The position numbers and the translations under genes were made by a program. The notes beneath the pieces were generated by a model. It was not told the DNA's origin. It did not search any database and worked only from the letters and a program-made list of their open reading frames with translations. A stretch of DNA of 63,790 nt, the filler included, from a bacterium (GTDB lineage: Bacteria > UBP18 > UBA7526): the NCBI GenBank assembly GCA_030615855.1. It is 6 parts of 6 records of this genome, joined end to end, with 100 filler letters (N's around TTAATTAATTAA, not from the genome) between each part and the next. Parts side by side here need not be neighbours in the genome. Positions count along the whole stretch, not along the records: positions 29,166 to 42,641 come from JAUWYL010000028.1; positions 42,742 to 50,800 come from JAUWYL010000034.1; 4 more parts are not named here. One strand, given 5' to 3'. Positions 39,370 to 49,836 of the stretch are shown here, one piece after another; position 1 is the first letter of the stretch; each line of letters opens with the position of its first letter.

Positions 39370-40836
39370 GTGGAAGAATTCATTAAAGTGAGGCATGAGA
39401 AGCTCAAAAGGCTAAGAAAAGAGAAGATAGAACCCTATCCCCATAGGTATAAGATCACCTATAAGACAAGAGAAATATTGGGGAAATATAAAAAACTAAA
39501 GATCGGGGAGGAAGTAAGGGGCTCCCAGGTTTCTTTGGCAGGAAGGATTATGAGTAAGAGGGGTCATGGGAAGAGCGGATTTGCCCATATAATGGATGGC
39601 AGTGGCAAGATTCAAGTATATACCAAGTTCGATGTTGTGGGGGAAAAGAAATATGGCCTCTATAAGAAGCTCGATATCGGGGACTTCATCGGAGTTGAAG
39701 GTAGAATATTTAAGACCAAAACTGGGGAGATAACTGTCCTAGTTGAAGATTTTACCCTTTTGGCAAAGTCTCTGAGGCCCCTACCAGAGAAATGGCACGG
39801 ATTAAAAGACGTGGAAATAAGGTTCAGGCAGAGATACATTGATCTAATCATGAATCCCGAAGTCAAGGAGACCTTTCTGCGAAGATCACGGATCACGTCT
39901 TTAATAAGAAAGTTTTTAGATAAAAAGGATTTCCTGGAGATTGAGACCCCCATGATGCAGCCCATCCCCGGAGGAGCAGCCGCTACACCATTTGTTACCC
40001 ACCATAAAGCGTTGCACCGAGATCTATACCTGAGGATTGCCCCTGAACTCTACTTGAAGAGATTGATTGTGGGCGGGATGGAGAGGGTCTATGAGATAAA
40101 TAGGAACTTCAGAAATGAGGGAATCTCTACCAGGCATAATCCAGAGTTCACCATGCTCGAGTTATACCAGGCCTACGCTGATTATGAGGACTTAATGGAA
40201 TTGACAACTGAACTAATCGCCGAGATAGCCAAAGAGGTCTTAGGGACCCTGAAGATAGAGTATCAGGGAAAGAAGATAGATCTGAAGACCCCCTGGAAAA
40301 GACTTACTTTAAAAAGCGCCATAAAGAAATACACCAAACTCGATATCGATAAAACGAAGAATATTAAGAAAGAAGCGAAGAAGTTAGGGTTGAAAATTGA
40401 GGAAGACTTGGCCGATACCCAGGTGATAGATCATATCTTCAAGGAGTTTGTGGAACCCCGGCTCATCCAACCCATGTTCATCACTGACTACCCTAGAGAA
40501 TTGTCTCCCTTAGCAAAGGCGAAGAAGAATAACCCTAATTTGGCAGAGAGGTTTGAACTCTTCATTGGGACTTTGGAACTAGCCAATGCCTACTCGGAAT
40601 TAAATGACCCTATTCTCCAGAGGGAGAGATTGAAGGAGCAGCTGGCCCTAAGATGGGCGGGTTCTGAAGATGCCCATATGATGGACGAAGACTTCTTGAG
40701 GGCCCTGGAGTATGGTATGCCTCCCTGTGCGGGATTGGGAATTGGGATCGATAGATTGGTTATGCTCCTAACCGACTCTCCCTCCATTAGGGATGTTATT
40801 TTATTCCCCCATATGAAACCAGAGAAACAGCAATGA
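39370..40836 (+). CDS. lysS: Lysyl-tRNA synthetase (class II)
   Basis: LPEKWHGLKD, YLRIAPELYLKR, FRNEG, YGMPPCAGLGIGIDR. Confidence 0.98.
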   Translation: MEEFIKVRHEKLKRLRKEKIEPYPHRYKITYKTREILGKYKKLKIGEEVRGSQVSLAGRIMSKRGHGKSGFAHIMDGSGKIQVYTKFDVVGEKKYGLYKKLDIGDFIGVEGRIFKTKTGEITVLVEDFTLLAKSLRPLPEKWHGLKDVEIRFRQRYIDLIMNPEVKETFLRRSRITSLIRKFLDKKDFLEIETPMMQPIPGGAAATPFVTHHKALHRDLYLRIAPELYLKRLIVGGMERVYEINRNFRNEGISTRHNPEFTMLELYQAYADYEDLMELTTELIAEIAKEVLGTLKIEYQGKKIDLKTPWKRLTLKSAIKKYTKLDIDKTKNIKKEAKKLGLKIEEDLADTQVIDHIFKEFVEPRLIQPMFITDYPRELSPLAKAKKNNPNLAERFELFIGTLELANAYSELNDPILQRERLKEQLALRWAGSEDAHMMDEDFLRALEYGMPPCAGLGIGIDRLVMLLTDSPSIRDVILFPHMKPEKQQ

Positions 40837-41031
40837 AAAATGTAAAATGCAAAATTAGCAATGCAAAATTAAAAGTAATAACCAATCACCAAGAAACAAG
40901 ATACAAACAATACTCAATAACCAATCAGCAATAACCAAGCTGTTTGAATATTGGAATTTTGAATTTGGAATTTGTTTGGTTATTGTTTCTTGTATCTTGT
41001 AACTTGTCAACTTTTTACTTTAGGACTGAGG

Positions 41032-42252
41032 ATGCATTATCCACTTTTTATTGCTTTGAGATATTTAAAGGGAGGAAAGGGAAGCCCTTTCCTCTCAGTC
41101 ATTACTTTAATCTCTATCGGGGGAGTAACCTTAGGGGTGGCTGCTCTAATCATTACCCTATCGGTAATGAACGGTTTCCATGAGGACCTGAGGGATAAGA
41201 TTGTAGGGACCAATGCCCATATTGTCATCTTAAAAGAGGGCTCGGAGGGTTTGAGCAATTATAGGGAACTGGGAAAACGGGTGGAAGGAATGGAGCATGT
41301 CCTGACCACCTCTCCCTTTATCTTTGGCCAGGCCATGATAAGATCCTCCCAAAGTTCGCTGGGGGTTGTGATAAGGGGAATAGATATAGATAAAGAGACT
41401 GAGGTAACAGACCTCGATAAAAATATCATAAAGGGAAACTTGAAGGATTTTGGCCCAGATAGCCTCATCTTGGGTAAGGAGTTGGCCATGAGTCTGGGAG
41501 CGGATGTTGGCGAACGGGTGAGGGTCATATCCCCTAAGGGAATTGCGACGCCCATAGGCATGAAGCCCAGATTCAAGAGCTTTAAAGTGATAGGAATATT
41601 CGATACCGGAATGTATGAGTATGACTCAACCCTAGCCTATGTAACATTGGATAGCGCTCGGGAACTATTCAGAATGGGGGAAGTAGTCACCGGGCTCCAG
41701 GTGAAGATAGACGATATCTACCAGGCAAGTAAGATGGATAAAAGAATCCAGAAGGAATTAGACTATCCCTACTGGGTGAGGAACTGGATGGAACTCAATA
41801 GCAACCTCTTCGCTGCCCTAAGGATGGAGAAGATCACCATGACAGTTATTTTAGTTCTCATTATCCTGGTTGCTGCTTTCAACATCGCCAGTACCCTGAT
41901 CATGAAGGTCATCAGGAAGACGAAGGAGATCGGCATATTGAAAGCCATGGGTGCCCAACGTAAGAGTATTATGTCCATCTTCATCATGGAGGGATTGATC
42001 ATTGGTCTTATGGGAACCCTTCTGGGAACATTCATCGGCTCTTTAATCTGTTTCCTGCAGGATAAGTACCATTTCGTTAAATTACCGGGAGGGGGAGAGG
42101 TCTATTATATAAGTATCCTCCCCATCTCTATGAAGGGAGGCGATATCCTCCTTATTATCTTAGCAACTATCGGGATAAGTCTATTGGCAACCATCTATCC
42201 TGCCTGGCGGGGAGCGAGACTAGACCCAGTGGAGGCCATTCGCTACGAATAG
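41032..42252 (+). CDS. lolC: Lipoprotein-releasing ABC permease LolC/E
   Basis: IALRYL, LSVMNGF, VAAFNI, EIGILKAMG, YPAWRGARLDPVEAIRYE. Confidence 0.92.
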   Translation: MHYPLFIALRYLKGGKGSPFLSVITLISIGGVTLGVAALIITLSVMNGFHEDLRDKIVGTNAHIVILKEGSEGLSNYRELGKRVEGMEHVLTTSPFIFGQAMIRSSQSSLGVVIRGIDIDKETEVTDLDKNIIKGNLKDFGPDSLILGKELAMSLGADVGERVRVISPKGIATPIGMKPRFKSFKVIGIFDTGMYEYDSTLAYVTLDSARELFRMGEVVTGLQVKIDDIYQASKMDKRIQKELDYPYWVRNWMELNSNLFAALRMEKITMTVILVLIILVAAFNIASTLIMKVIRKTKEIGILKAMGAQRKSIMSIFIMEGLIIGLMGTLLGTFIGSLICFLQDKYHFVKLPGGGEVYYISILPISMKGGDILLIILATIGISLLATIYPAWRGARLDPVEAIRYE

Positions 42253-42520
42253 GGGAAACGGAGAATTGGAGAAACGGGGAAAGGGAGAAAGTGGGCAGGT
42301 AGGCAGCGATCGGTAAACGGTGGCCGGCTATGGAGAACAGAGATCGGTTATTAGAAAACCGAAATCAGTAAAGAGAATGGAAAACGGAAAACAGTTTTCC
42401 AATTTCTGATTTCACTGCTGTTTTCAGATTTCTGCCAACTGTTTTCAGATTTCGTTACAGTTTTTCTTAAGACGAAACGAACTGCGTAACTAAACAACGA
42501 ATAATGAGGAACAAAAAAGT

Positions 42521-42641
42521 ATGGATGATATTATTGTAGCCGAAAATTTATATAAGACCTATTACCAAGATGGTCAGGCTGTCCCAGTTTTAAAAGGAGT
42601 AAATCTTAAAGTAAAGAAGGAGGAGATTATATCTATCGTTG
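42521..42641 (+). CDS. lolD: LolD-like ABC ATPase, N-terminal fragment
   Basis: MDDIIVAENLYKTY...VLKGVNLKVKKEEIISIV; follows lolC/E. Confidence 0.75.
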
Positions 42642-42741
42642 NNNNNNNNNNNNNNNNNNNNNNNNNNNNNNNNNNNNNNNNNNNNTTAATTAATTAANNN
42701 NNNNNNNNNNNNNNNNNNNNNNNNNNNNNNNNNNNNNNNNN

Positions 42742-43109
42742 TAGATAAGAAGAGATTTGAGACCATTATTCTTGGTTGGTCTCTTTCCAGGGACCCAGAC
42801 TCCTATGACATCTGGCATTCGTCAAAGACAAAGGAGGGAGAGTTCAACTTCATCTCCTATAAGAATGAGGAGCTCGATCGCCTGCTCCTTGAGGGCCGGA
42901 GGACCTTTGACAGAGATAAGAGGAAGAGGATCTATCACAGGATCCATGAAATTTTGGCAGAGGAACAGCCCTGTATCTTCCTCTATGTTCCGGATGCCCT
43001 GCCCATGGTTCATGCCAGATTCAAGGGCATAGAGCCCGCCCCCTTGGGGATCGGTTATAACTTCATAAAGTGGTATGTTCCCAAGGAAGAGCAGAAGTAT
43101 ACCCAATAA
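42742..43109 (+). CDS. Peptide ABC transporter substrate-binding protein, C-terminal fragment
   Basis: manual translation: LGWSLSRDPDSYDIWHSS...NFISYKNEELDRLL...EEQPCIFLY. Confidence 0.88.
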
Positions 43110-43200
43110 GCAATACGTGAGAAGTAACCAGTAACCAGTTTACAGTTTCTTTTTCGCTGGTTACTGTAAACTATCCCGAATATAATATTTGGAGAGAAAG

Positions 43201-44172
43201 ATGCTTCGTTATTTATCCCGAAGATTATTACAGATGATTCCCTTGTTAATCGGGATAACCATTATCTCCTTTGCTGTTATTCACTTAGCGCCTGGTGAGC
43301 CGACAGATCTGGTAACCGATCTCCAGCCCAAGGTCTCCGCCCAGGCAGCGGAGAGACTGAGGCATCTCTATGGATTGGATAGACCTCTTCATATCCAGTA
43401 TCTGGATTGGCTGAGGAGGCTGGTTAAGTTAGACATGGGAAGGTCCTTTCTCGATAATCGATTGGTGAGTTTAAAGATCTTAGAAAGACTTCCCATTACC
43501 ATAACCATAAACGTTTTATCTCTACTACTCATCATTATCGTTGCCCTTCCCATAGGTATCGTCTCTGCCACCCGACAGTACTCCCTATTCGATAGAGCAA
43601 GTACGCTATTCGTCTTTTTAGGCTTCGCTACTCCTACCTTCTGGCTGGCATTACTATTAATGATTCTCTTTGGGATAAAGTTAGGCTGGCTCCCCATCTC
43701 TGGCTTAAGATCCCTCTCTGCTGCTTCCTTTTCTTTCGGGGGGAGATTATTAGATATGGCCAAACACTTAATCTTACCGGTCTTTGTCTCTGCTTTTGGA
43801 GGATTGGCCAGCTTCTCAAGATATATGAGATCCAATATGCTTGAGGTCATCCATCAGGATTATGTTAGAACTGCCCGAGCAAAGGGACTCTCTGAGAGAG
43901 CAGTCATCTACAAGCACGCCCTACGCAATGCCCTTTTACCCATTGTCACTATCTTAGGGCTTTCGGTTCCGGCCTTGATTGGAGGAAGTGTAATCTTTGA
44001 ATCCATATTTGCTATCCCGGGAATGGGGAGGCTCTTCTATGAATCGGTTATGGCTCGGGATTATCCGGTAATCATGGGAGGATTGGTCATCGGAGCGATT
44101 CTAACATTATTAGGGAATTTAATCGCAGATATAACCTATGCCTATGTCGATCCCAGGATAAGATATCGGTGA
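43201..44172 (+). CDS. Peptide ABC permease (OppB/DppB)
   Basis: [35 protein letters not shown]. Confidence 0.93.
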   Translation: MLRYLSRRLLQMIPLLIGITIISFAVIHLAPGEPTDLVTDLQPKVSAQAAERLRHLYGLDRPLHIQYLDWLRRLVKLDMGRSFLDNRLVSLKILERLPITITINVLSLLLIIIVALPIGIVSATRQYSLFDRASTLFVFLGFATPTFWLALLLMILFGIKLGWLPISGLRSLSAASFSFGGRLLDMAKHLILPVFVSAFGGLASFSRYMRSNMLEVIHQDYVRTARAKGLSERAVIYKHALRNALLPIVTILGLSVPALIGGSVIFESIFAIPGMGRLFYESVMARDYPVIMGGLVIGAILTLLGNLIADITYAYVDPRIRYR

Positions 44173-44499
44173 ACGGTGATCAGTGGTCGGTGAACGGTGA
44201 TTGGTAGTAAATAGGAAAATACGTGAATACGTGAATACGTTAAAAGTTGCTCGGTTACGGTCAGGGTTAAGATGCCCGTTTCGTTTAGGGGTTACGTAGT
44301 TCGTCTTTAAAGACGTAACTTTTAGACGTTACCGATACGGGCTTCGTTGCCGTAACCCTTTGATGTAACCTGTATTTTGTATCCTTATTTTCTTATTTCT
44401 GAGTGTTAACGAAGAAACAAGGTTCTGCGCGTAGCGCAGGTTCTTATTTTCTTATTCACTTATTAACCTATCAACTTATTCACTTATTTTTGAGGATGA

Positions 44500-45351
44500 A
44501 TGATGCAGGAAGAGAGACTTTCGAGAATAATCTGGAGAAGATTTAAGAGAAATAAGCTTGCTGTGGGTGGCGGCATCCTGGTATTGCTTTTATTTATTAT
44601 TGCTTTTCTTGCCCCCTTGCTCTCTCCATATGATCCAGGCGAGATTAATGTCAAGAATATCCTTCTTTCCCCAAGTAAGGCCCATCTCTTAGGAACGGAT
44701 GAGCTAGGAAGGGACATTCTCTCCCGGATGATCTGGGCTTCCCGCATCTCTTTGAAAGTAGGCTTTGTTGCCATGGGGATTGCCATCCTCATCGGGATAA
44801 TCCTGGGTGCTCTTGCCGGCTACTATGGAGGGAGGATAGACAATCTCATCATGCGCTTTGTAGACATCATGCTCTGCTTCCCTACCTTTTTTCTCATCTT
44901 AGCAGTAATCGCTATCTTAGAGCCCTCTATTACCAATATTATGGTTGTTATCGGTATCACCTCCTGGCCAGGGATTGCCCGGCTATTACGGGCTGAGTTC
45001 TTAAGCCTTAAAGAGCGGGAATTCGTCGCTGCCGCCCGTGCCTTAGGGGCAAGTGATAGAAGGATCATCTTTAGACATATTCTTCCCAATGCCCTGGCTC
45101 CAGTAGTGGTCGCTGCTACCTTAGGAGTAGCGGGTGCTATTCTAACAGAATCTGCCCTCTCCTTCTTAGGCATTGGAGTTCAGCCACCTATACCCAGCTG
45201 GGGGAATATCCTGACAAGTGGAAAGGCATATATTGACCTCGCCTGGTGGTTATCCCTCTTTCCGGGAATAGCAATCCTTGTCACTGTTCTGGGATATACC
45301 CTTTTGGGAGAGGGTCTAAAGGATGCCCTCAATCCCAGGCTGGAGAGATAG
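44500..45351 (+). CDS. Peptide ABC permease (OppC/DppC)
   Basis: HLLGTDELGRD, EFVAAARALG, HILPN. Confidence 0.93.
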   Translation: MMQEERLSRIIWRRFKRNKLAVGGGILVLLLFIIAFLAPLLSPYDPGEINVKNILLSPSKAHLLGTDELGRDILSRMIWASRISLKVGFVAMGIAILIGIILGALAGYYGGRIDNLIMRFVDIMLCFPTFFLILAVIAILEPSITNIMVVIGITSWPGIARLLRAEFLSLKEREFVAAARALGASDRRIIFRHILPNALAPVVVAATLGVAGAILTESALSFLGIGVQPPIPSWGNILTSGKAYIDLAWWLSLFPGIAILVTVLGYTLLGEGLKDALNPRLER

Positions 45352-45352
45352 A

Positions 45353-46315
45353 ATGTTACTCGAAGTGAAGAACCTCTCCACTTATTTTTATACAGAGGAT
45401 GGGCTATCGAGAGCAGTGGATGGGGTGGATTTTGAGATAGGAGAAAGGGAGGTCCTGGGATTGGCAGGGGAGAGTGCCTGCGGAAAGACGGTGACCGCTT
45501 TATCTATCTTGAAGCTCGTCCCTCCACCAGGCAGGATCGTAAGGGGAGAGGTCCTTTATAAAGGTAGAGATTTACTAAAATATTCTGTAGATGAGATGAG
45601 AGAGATAAGGGGGAGAGAGATATCCATGGTCTTTCAGGAGCCCACCACCTCCCTCAACCCGGTCTTCACCATTGGGGATCAGATCATAGAGACCCTAATT
45701 CTTCATCAACAATTGAAGAGAAAGGAGGCCCAGAAAAAAGCGGTCCAATTACTTAACCTCGTTAATATCCCTTCACCAGAATCGAGGATCCATGACTACC
45801 CCCATAACTTAAGTGGAGGGATGAAACAGAGGGTCATGATTGCCATGGCCCTATCCTGTAATCCTTTCCTCTTAATCGCTGATGAGCCAACTACTGCCCT
45901 GGATGTTACCATCCAAGCCCAGATTTTAGAATTACTTAAAGAATTACAGAAAAGACTCAAAATGAGCATCCTGCTCATCACCCATAACTTAGGCATCATC
46001 TCGCAGGTTTCGGATAGAGTAGCCATCATGTATGCTGGGAGGATAGTAGAGCAGGGGACGACAGAAAAGATACTTAAAAGGCCTCTTCATCCCTATACTA
46101 AGGGATTATTGGAATCCATTCCCAGAATGGAGACTACCCAGAAACGCCTGCCAACTATTGAGGGTATGGTTCCCAAGCCAATCCAGTGGCCCTCAGGGTG
46201 TAGATTCCATCCCAGATGTCCTGTGAAATTATCTATGTGCGGTGAGAAGGAGCCGGAGATGAGAGAATTTACCCCGGGCCATAAAGTAAGATGCCACTTA
46301 GTCAGTGATCGGTGA
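45353..46315 (+). CDS. Peptide ABC ATPase (OppD/DppD)
   Basis: GESACGKT, LSGGMKQR, ADEPTTALD, GCRFHPRC. Confidence 0.93.
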   Translation: MLLEVKNLSTYFYTEDGLSRAVDGVDFEIGEREVLGLAGESACGKTVTALSILKLVPPPGRIVRGEVLYKGRDLLKYSVDEMREIRGREISMVFQEPTTSLNPVFTIGDQIIETLILHQQLKRKEAQKKAVQLLNLVNIPSPESRIHDYPHNLSGGMKQRVMIAMALSCNPFLLIADEPTTALDVTIQAQILELLKELQKRLKMSILLITHNLGIISQVSDRVAIMYAGRIVEQGTTEKILKRPLHPYTKGLLESIPRMETTQKRLPTIEGMVPKPIQWPSGCRFHPRCPVKLSMCGEKEPEMREFTPGHKVRCHLVSDR

Positions 46316-46448
46316 TCGGTGGTGAAGAAAGAAAATACGAAAATACGAAAATAAGGGAAAGGAAGGTAAGGCGGAAGGGGACTTATTCACTTATTAACGT
46401 ATTCACTTATTCACTTATTAACTAATTCCAAGCGTTAGCGAGGTAGCG

Positions 46449-47399
46449 ATGCCGTCTTTATTAAGAGTAGAGGATATTAAGAAGTATTTTCCCGTAGAAA
46501 GAGGAATATTTAAAAAAGAGGTGGCCCGGATAAGGGCGGTGGATGGGATAAGTTTCTCTTTAGATAAAGGAGAGACCTTAAGTCTGGTAGGGGAATCTGG
46601 CTGTGGGAAGACGACTGTAGCAAGGTTAATCCTCAGGCTCCTTGAGCCAACGAGTGGAGCTATCTACTTCAAGGGGCAAAATATTTCAACTCTTGATAGG
46701 AAAGAAATGTTCAAAGTTCGGGGGCTAATGCAGATTATATTCCAGGACCCCTTTGGCTCCCTCAATCCTCGTCAGAGGGTGGGTGATATTATTGGGGAAG
46801 CACTCTCTATCCATAATTTGGCCCAGGATAGGAGAAGAGAAAGGATTGGCGAACTATTGAGAACTGTGGGACTGGAGGAGGAGTGCATCTGGCGCTATCC
46901 TCACCAGTTTAGTGGTGGCCAAAGGCAGCGAATTGGAATCGCTAGGGCTTTAGCAGTAGAGCCAGAACTCATGGTCTGCGATGAACCCATCAGTGCTCTG
47001 GATGTCTCTATTCAGGCTCAGATTCTGAATCTACTTAAAGAATTACAGGAAAGATTTGATCTTTCCTTCATCTTCATTGCCCATGATTTAGCGGTAGTCA
47101 AGCATATCAGTCACAGAGTAGTCATAATGTATTTGGGAAAGATTGTGGAACTGGCCGAAACAGAAGAGCTCTATAGTAATCCTCTTCATCCCTATACCAA
47201 GGCCCTCCTTTCTGCTATTCCTACCATAGAGAAAAGAGAAAGGATTGTTCTCAGAGGAGAGATTCCCGACCCTTCCCATCCTCCGAAAGGCTGTCGTTTC
47301 CATACCAGATGCCCCATAGCAAAACCAGAATGCAGCGAAAGAGAACCAGCACCCAAAGAGGTCACTAAAGGCCATCTCGTCTCTTGTTATTTGTTTTAG
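46449..47399 (+). CDS. Peptide ABC ATPase (OppF/DppF)
   Basis: GESGCGKT, FSGGQRQR, GCRFHTRC. Confidence 0.93.
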   Translation: MPSLLRVEDIKKYFPVERGIFKKEVARIRAVDGISFSLDKGETLSLVGESGCGKTTVARLILRLLEPTSGAIYFKGQNISTLDRKEMFKVRGLMQIIFQDPFGSLNPRQRVGDIIGEALSIHNLAQDRRRERIGELLRTVGLEEECIWRYPHQFSGGQRQRIGIARALAVEPELMVCDEPISALDVSIQAQILNLLKELQERFDLSFIFIAHDLAVVKHISHRVVIMYLGKIVELAETEELYSNPLHPYTKALLSAIPTIEKRERIVLRGEIPDPSHPPKGCRFHTRCPIAKPECSEREPAPKEVTKGHLVSCYLF

Positions 47400-47572
47400 T
47401 TTGTGTTTCTTTAATTCGCGTTCATTCGCGTTCTCTTTATTCGTGACAATTCGTGTTTGTTTATAGCGTAATTGCCCAACAGTTCGTGTTGATTCGTGTC
47501 CTCTTAATTCGTGTTGTTTCGTGTTTGTTTATTACATTTTCGCCCACCAGTTCGTGTTGTTTCGTGTTTACC

Positions 47573-47601
47573 TTGCATTTAAAATAAAAGTATGGTATTA
47601 T
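47573..47601 (+). promoter_or_regulatory. panBC promoter
   Basis: TTGCAT-17-TATTAT with TG extension. Confidence 0.6.
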
Positions 47602-47609
47602 TAATTGTA

Positions 47610-47646
47610 CCGCTTGGATCCGGCTTTAGACGGACTGGGACGGAAG
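47610..47646 (+). ncRNA. pan RNA motif-like leader hairpin
   Basis: CCG-CTTGG-A-TCCG / CGGA-CTGGG-A-CGG stem with two bulged A, upstream of a terminator and panB. Confidence 0.6.
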
Positions 47647-47727
47647 TAATTAGTTGGTTAGATGGTTAGTTAGCTAGTTGGTTAGAAAAGTCCTAACAAA
47701 CCAGCAAACCACCCAACTATTTTAGTG

Positions 47728-47760
47728 GCCTTCTGTCTTAAGCGGCAGAAGGCTTTTTTT
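47728..47760 (+). terminator. Intrinsic terminator/attenuator in panB leader
   Basis: GCCTTCTGTC-loop-GGCAGAAGGC-T7. Confidence 0.8.
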
Positions 47761-47908
47761 ATGGACACGGATCTACACGGATAAAATAAACGGATGGGCA
47801 CAGATAAATCCGTGGCAATGCTTAACTATTTATGCTCTCTAGGATGCTAACGAAGTGCATCCTGTAATCCGTAACAAATCCGTGACTATCCGTGTCGGGA
47901 GGGAGAAA

Positions 47909-48751
47909 ATGGAAAAGATGACAATTACTAAATTGAGGGAAATGAAAGAAAAAGGGAAGAAGATTGTGATGCTCACCTGTTACGACTATCCCACGGCCTT
48001 AATCATGAATGAGGTGGGGATCGATATTCTCTTAGTTGGTGATTCCCTGGGCATGGTCGTCTTGGGATATGAGGATACCTTGCCGGTGACTATGGAGGAT
48101 ATGATAAGGTATACCCAGGCCGTGGCAAGGGGGAATAAGAACCCTCTCCTGGTGGCGGATATGCCTTTCCTGTCTTATGAAGTTAGTAAGAATGAGGCCA
48201 TTAAGAATGCGGGAAGACTAATTAAGGAGGCCGGGGTCCAGGCGGTGAAGACCGAAGGGGGCAAGGAGATGGCGGAGATTATAAAGGCCATCGTTGATGT
48301 TAAGATCCCGGTTATGGGTCATATCGGACTTACTCCCCAATCAGTCCATAAGTTAGGGGGATTCAAGGTTCAGGGTAAAACCGCTCCCCAGGTAAAAAAA
48401 TTGATTGAGGATGCCCAGGCCTTAGAAGAGGCGGGGGTCTTCTCTATTGTATTAGAATGCGTTCCTGCTGAAGTAGCAAGGATGATTACCGAAAGGGTTA
48501 AGGTGCCTACCATTGGTATCGGCGCTGGCCCTTATTGCGATGGCCAGGTTCTGGTAACCCACGATCTATTGGGATTATTTGATAGATTCGTTCCCAAGTT
48601 TGTAAAGCAGTATGCCGATTTAAGAAAAATTCTAAGAGAAGCCTTTACAAAATTCAAGGAAGAGGTAGAAAGGGGAGAGTTTCCTTCCCGAGAACATTCC
48701 TTTAAGATAAAGGAAGAAGAACTTGCGAAAGTCAAGGATGAGAAACGGTGA
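47909..48751 (+). CDS. panB: 3-methyl-2-oxobutanoate hydroxymethyltransferase
   Basis: LVGDSLGMV, ADMPF, GHIGLTPQ, DGQVLV. Confidence 0.97.
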   Translation: MEKMTITKLREMKEKGKKIVMLTCYDYPTALIMNEVGIDILLVGDSLGMVVLGYEDTLPVTMEDMIRYTQAVARGNKNPLLVADMPFLSYEVSKNEAIKNAGRLIKEAGVQAVKTEGGKEMAEIIKAIVDVKIPVMGHIGLTPQSVHKLGGFKVQGKTAPQVKKLIEDAQALEEAGVFSIVLECVPAEVARMITERVKVPTIGIGAGPYCDGQVLVTHDLLGLFDRFVPKFVKQYADLRKILREAFTKFKEEVERGEFPSREHSFKIKEEELAKVKDEKR

Positions 48752-48923
48752 AACGGGGAATGGGTGAATCGGAGAAAGTGGGAAATTGAGAAAGTAGGAG
48801 TAAATCCCGCGGGATTTAATTTCTAATATCTAATTCCTAATTTTCAATAACCGAATAGAGAATTTTCACTGACTTGTCAACTTATTAACTTATTAACTTA
48901 TCAACTTGTTAACAGAGGTTTAA

Positions 48924-49769
48924 ATGAAAATAATCAAAAAGATTAAAGAGATGCAGAAGATAGCGGATGGGGTAAGAATGAAAGGAAAAATCATCGGCCT
49001 TGTTCCTACTATGGGCTACTTTCATAAAGGGCACCTGAGCCTGATGAGGCAAGCAAGAAGAAAAAGCGATTTATTGGTCGTCTCCATCTTTGTCAATCCC
49101 ACCCAGTTTGGTCCAGGAGAAGATTTTAAGAGTTATCCCCGCGATTTAAGACGCGACCTCCGATTGGCAAGAGAGATTGGAGTTGATGTTATCTTTTCCC
49201 CTGCAGTAAAAGAGATGTATCCCAAAGGATTCCTTACCCATGTTGATGTGGGGGAGGTTGGCTCCATCTTGGAAGGGGCCTCACGGCCAGGACACTTCAG
49301 AGGGGTGGCTACGATAGTGGCTAAGTTATTCAATGCCGTAAAGCCCCATCTTGCCTACTTCGGCCAGAAGGACTTCCAGCAGTCAGTGGTCATTAAGAAG
49401 ATGGTAGAAGACCTTGATATGGATGTGGAGATTGTTGTCTTACCCACCATAAGGGAGAAGGATGGCCTGGCCACAAGTTCCAGGAATGTTTATCTAACAA
49501 AAAAAGAGAGGAAGATAGCCCCTGTTCTCTATAAATCTTTGAAATTGGCTGAAAAACTGATAAAAGAAGGGGAGAGAGATAGCAGAGAGATTATTAGAAG
49601 TATGGAGGAGTTAATAGAAAAAGAGAAGTTAATAAAATTAGAATACATCGCTATCACTGACCCTGGAACTTTAAAAGAAATAAGAAGAGTAAAAAGAGAA
49701 GTGAACGTTTCTCTTGCAGCAAAGATAGGCCGAGCCAGACTCATTGACAATATTACCATCAAGATTTGA
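48924..49769 (+). CDS. panC: Pantoate-beta-alanine ligase
   Basis: VPTMG.FH.GH, FVNPTQF, FGQKDFQQ, RLIDN. Confidence 0.97.
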   Translation: MKIIKKIKEMQKIADGVRMKGKIIGLVPTMGYFHKGHLSLMRQARRKSDLLVVSIFVNPTQFGPGEDFKSYPRDLRRDLRLAREIGVDVIFSPAVKEMYPKGFLTHVDVGEVGSILEGASRPGHFRGVATIVAKLFNAVKPHLAYFGQKDFQQSVVIKKMVEDLDMDVEIVVLPTIREKDGLATSSRNVYLTKKERKIAPVLYKSLKLAEKLIKEGERDSREIIRSMEELIEKEKLIKLEYIAITDPGTLKEIRRVKREVNVSLAAKIGRARLIDNITIKI

Positions 49770-49836
49770 CATCCCCTATGAAGTGTGTTACTATATGCCG
49801 AGATCAAGAACTGACCTGATAAGGAGGAGTTAAGTT

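Noticed and set aside
47400-47572. Semi-regular TTCGTGTT repeats as a possible CRISPR array
   Set aside because: Units are ~9 nt and degenerate, with no constant 23-47-nt repeat, no unique spacers and no cas genes. Treated as a repeat arm.
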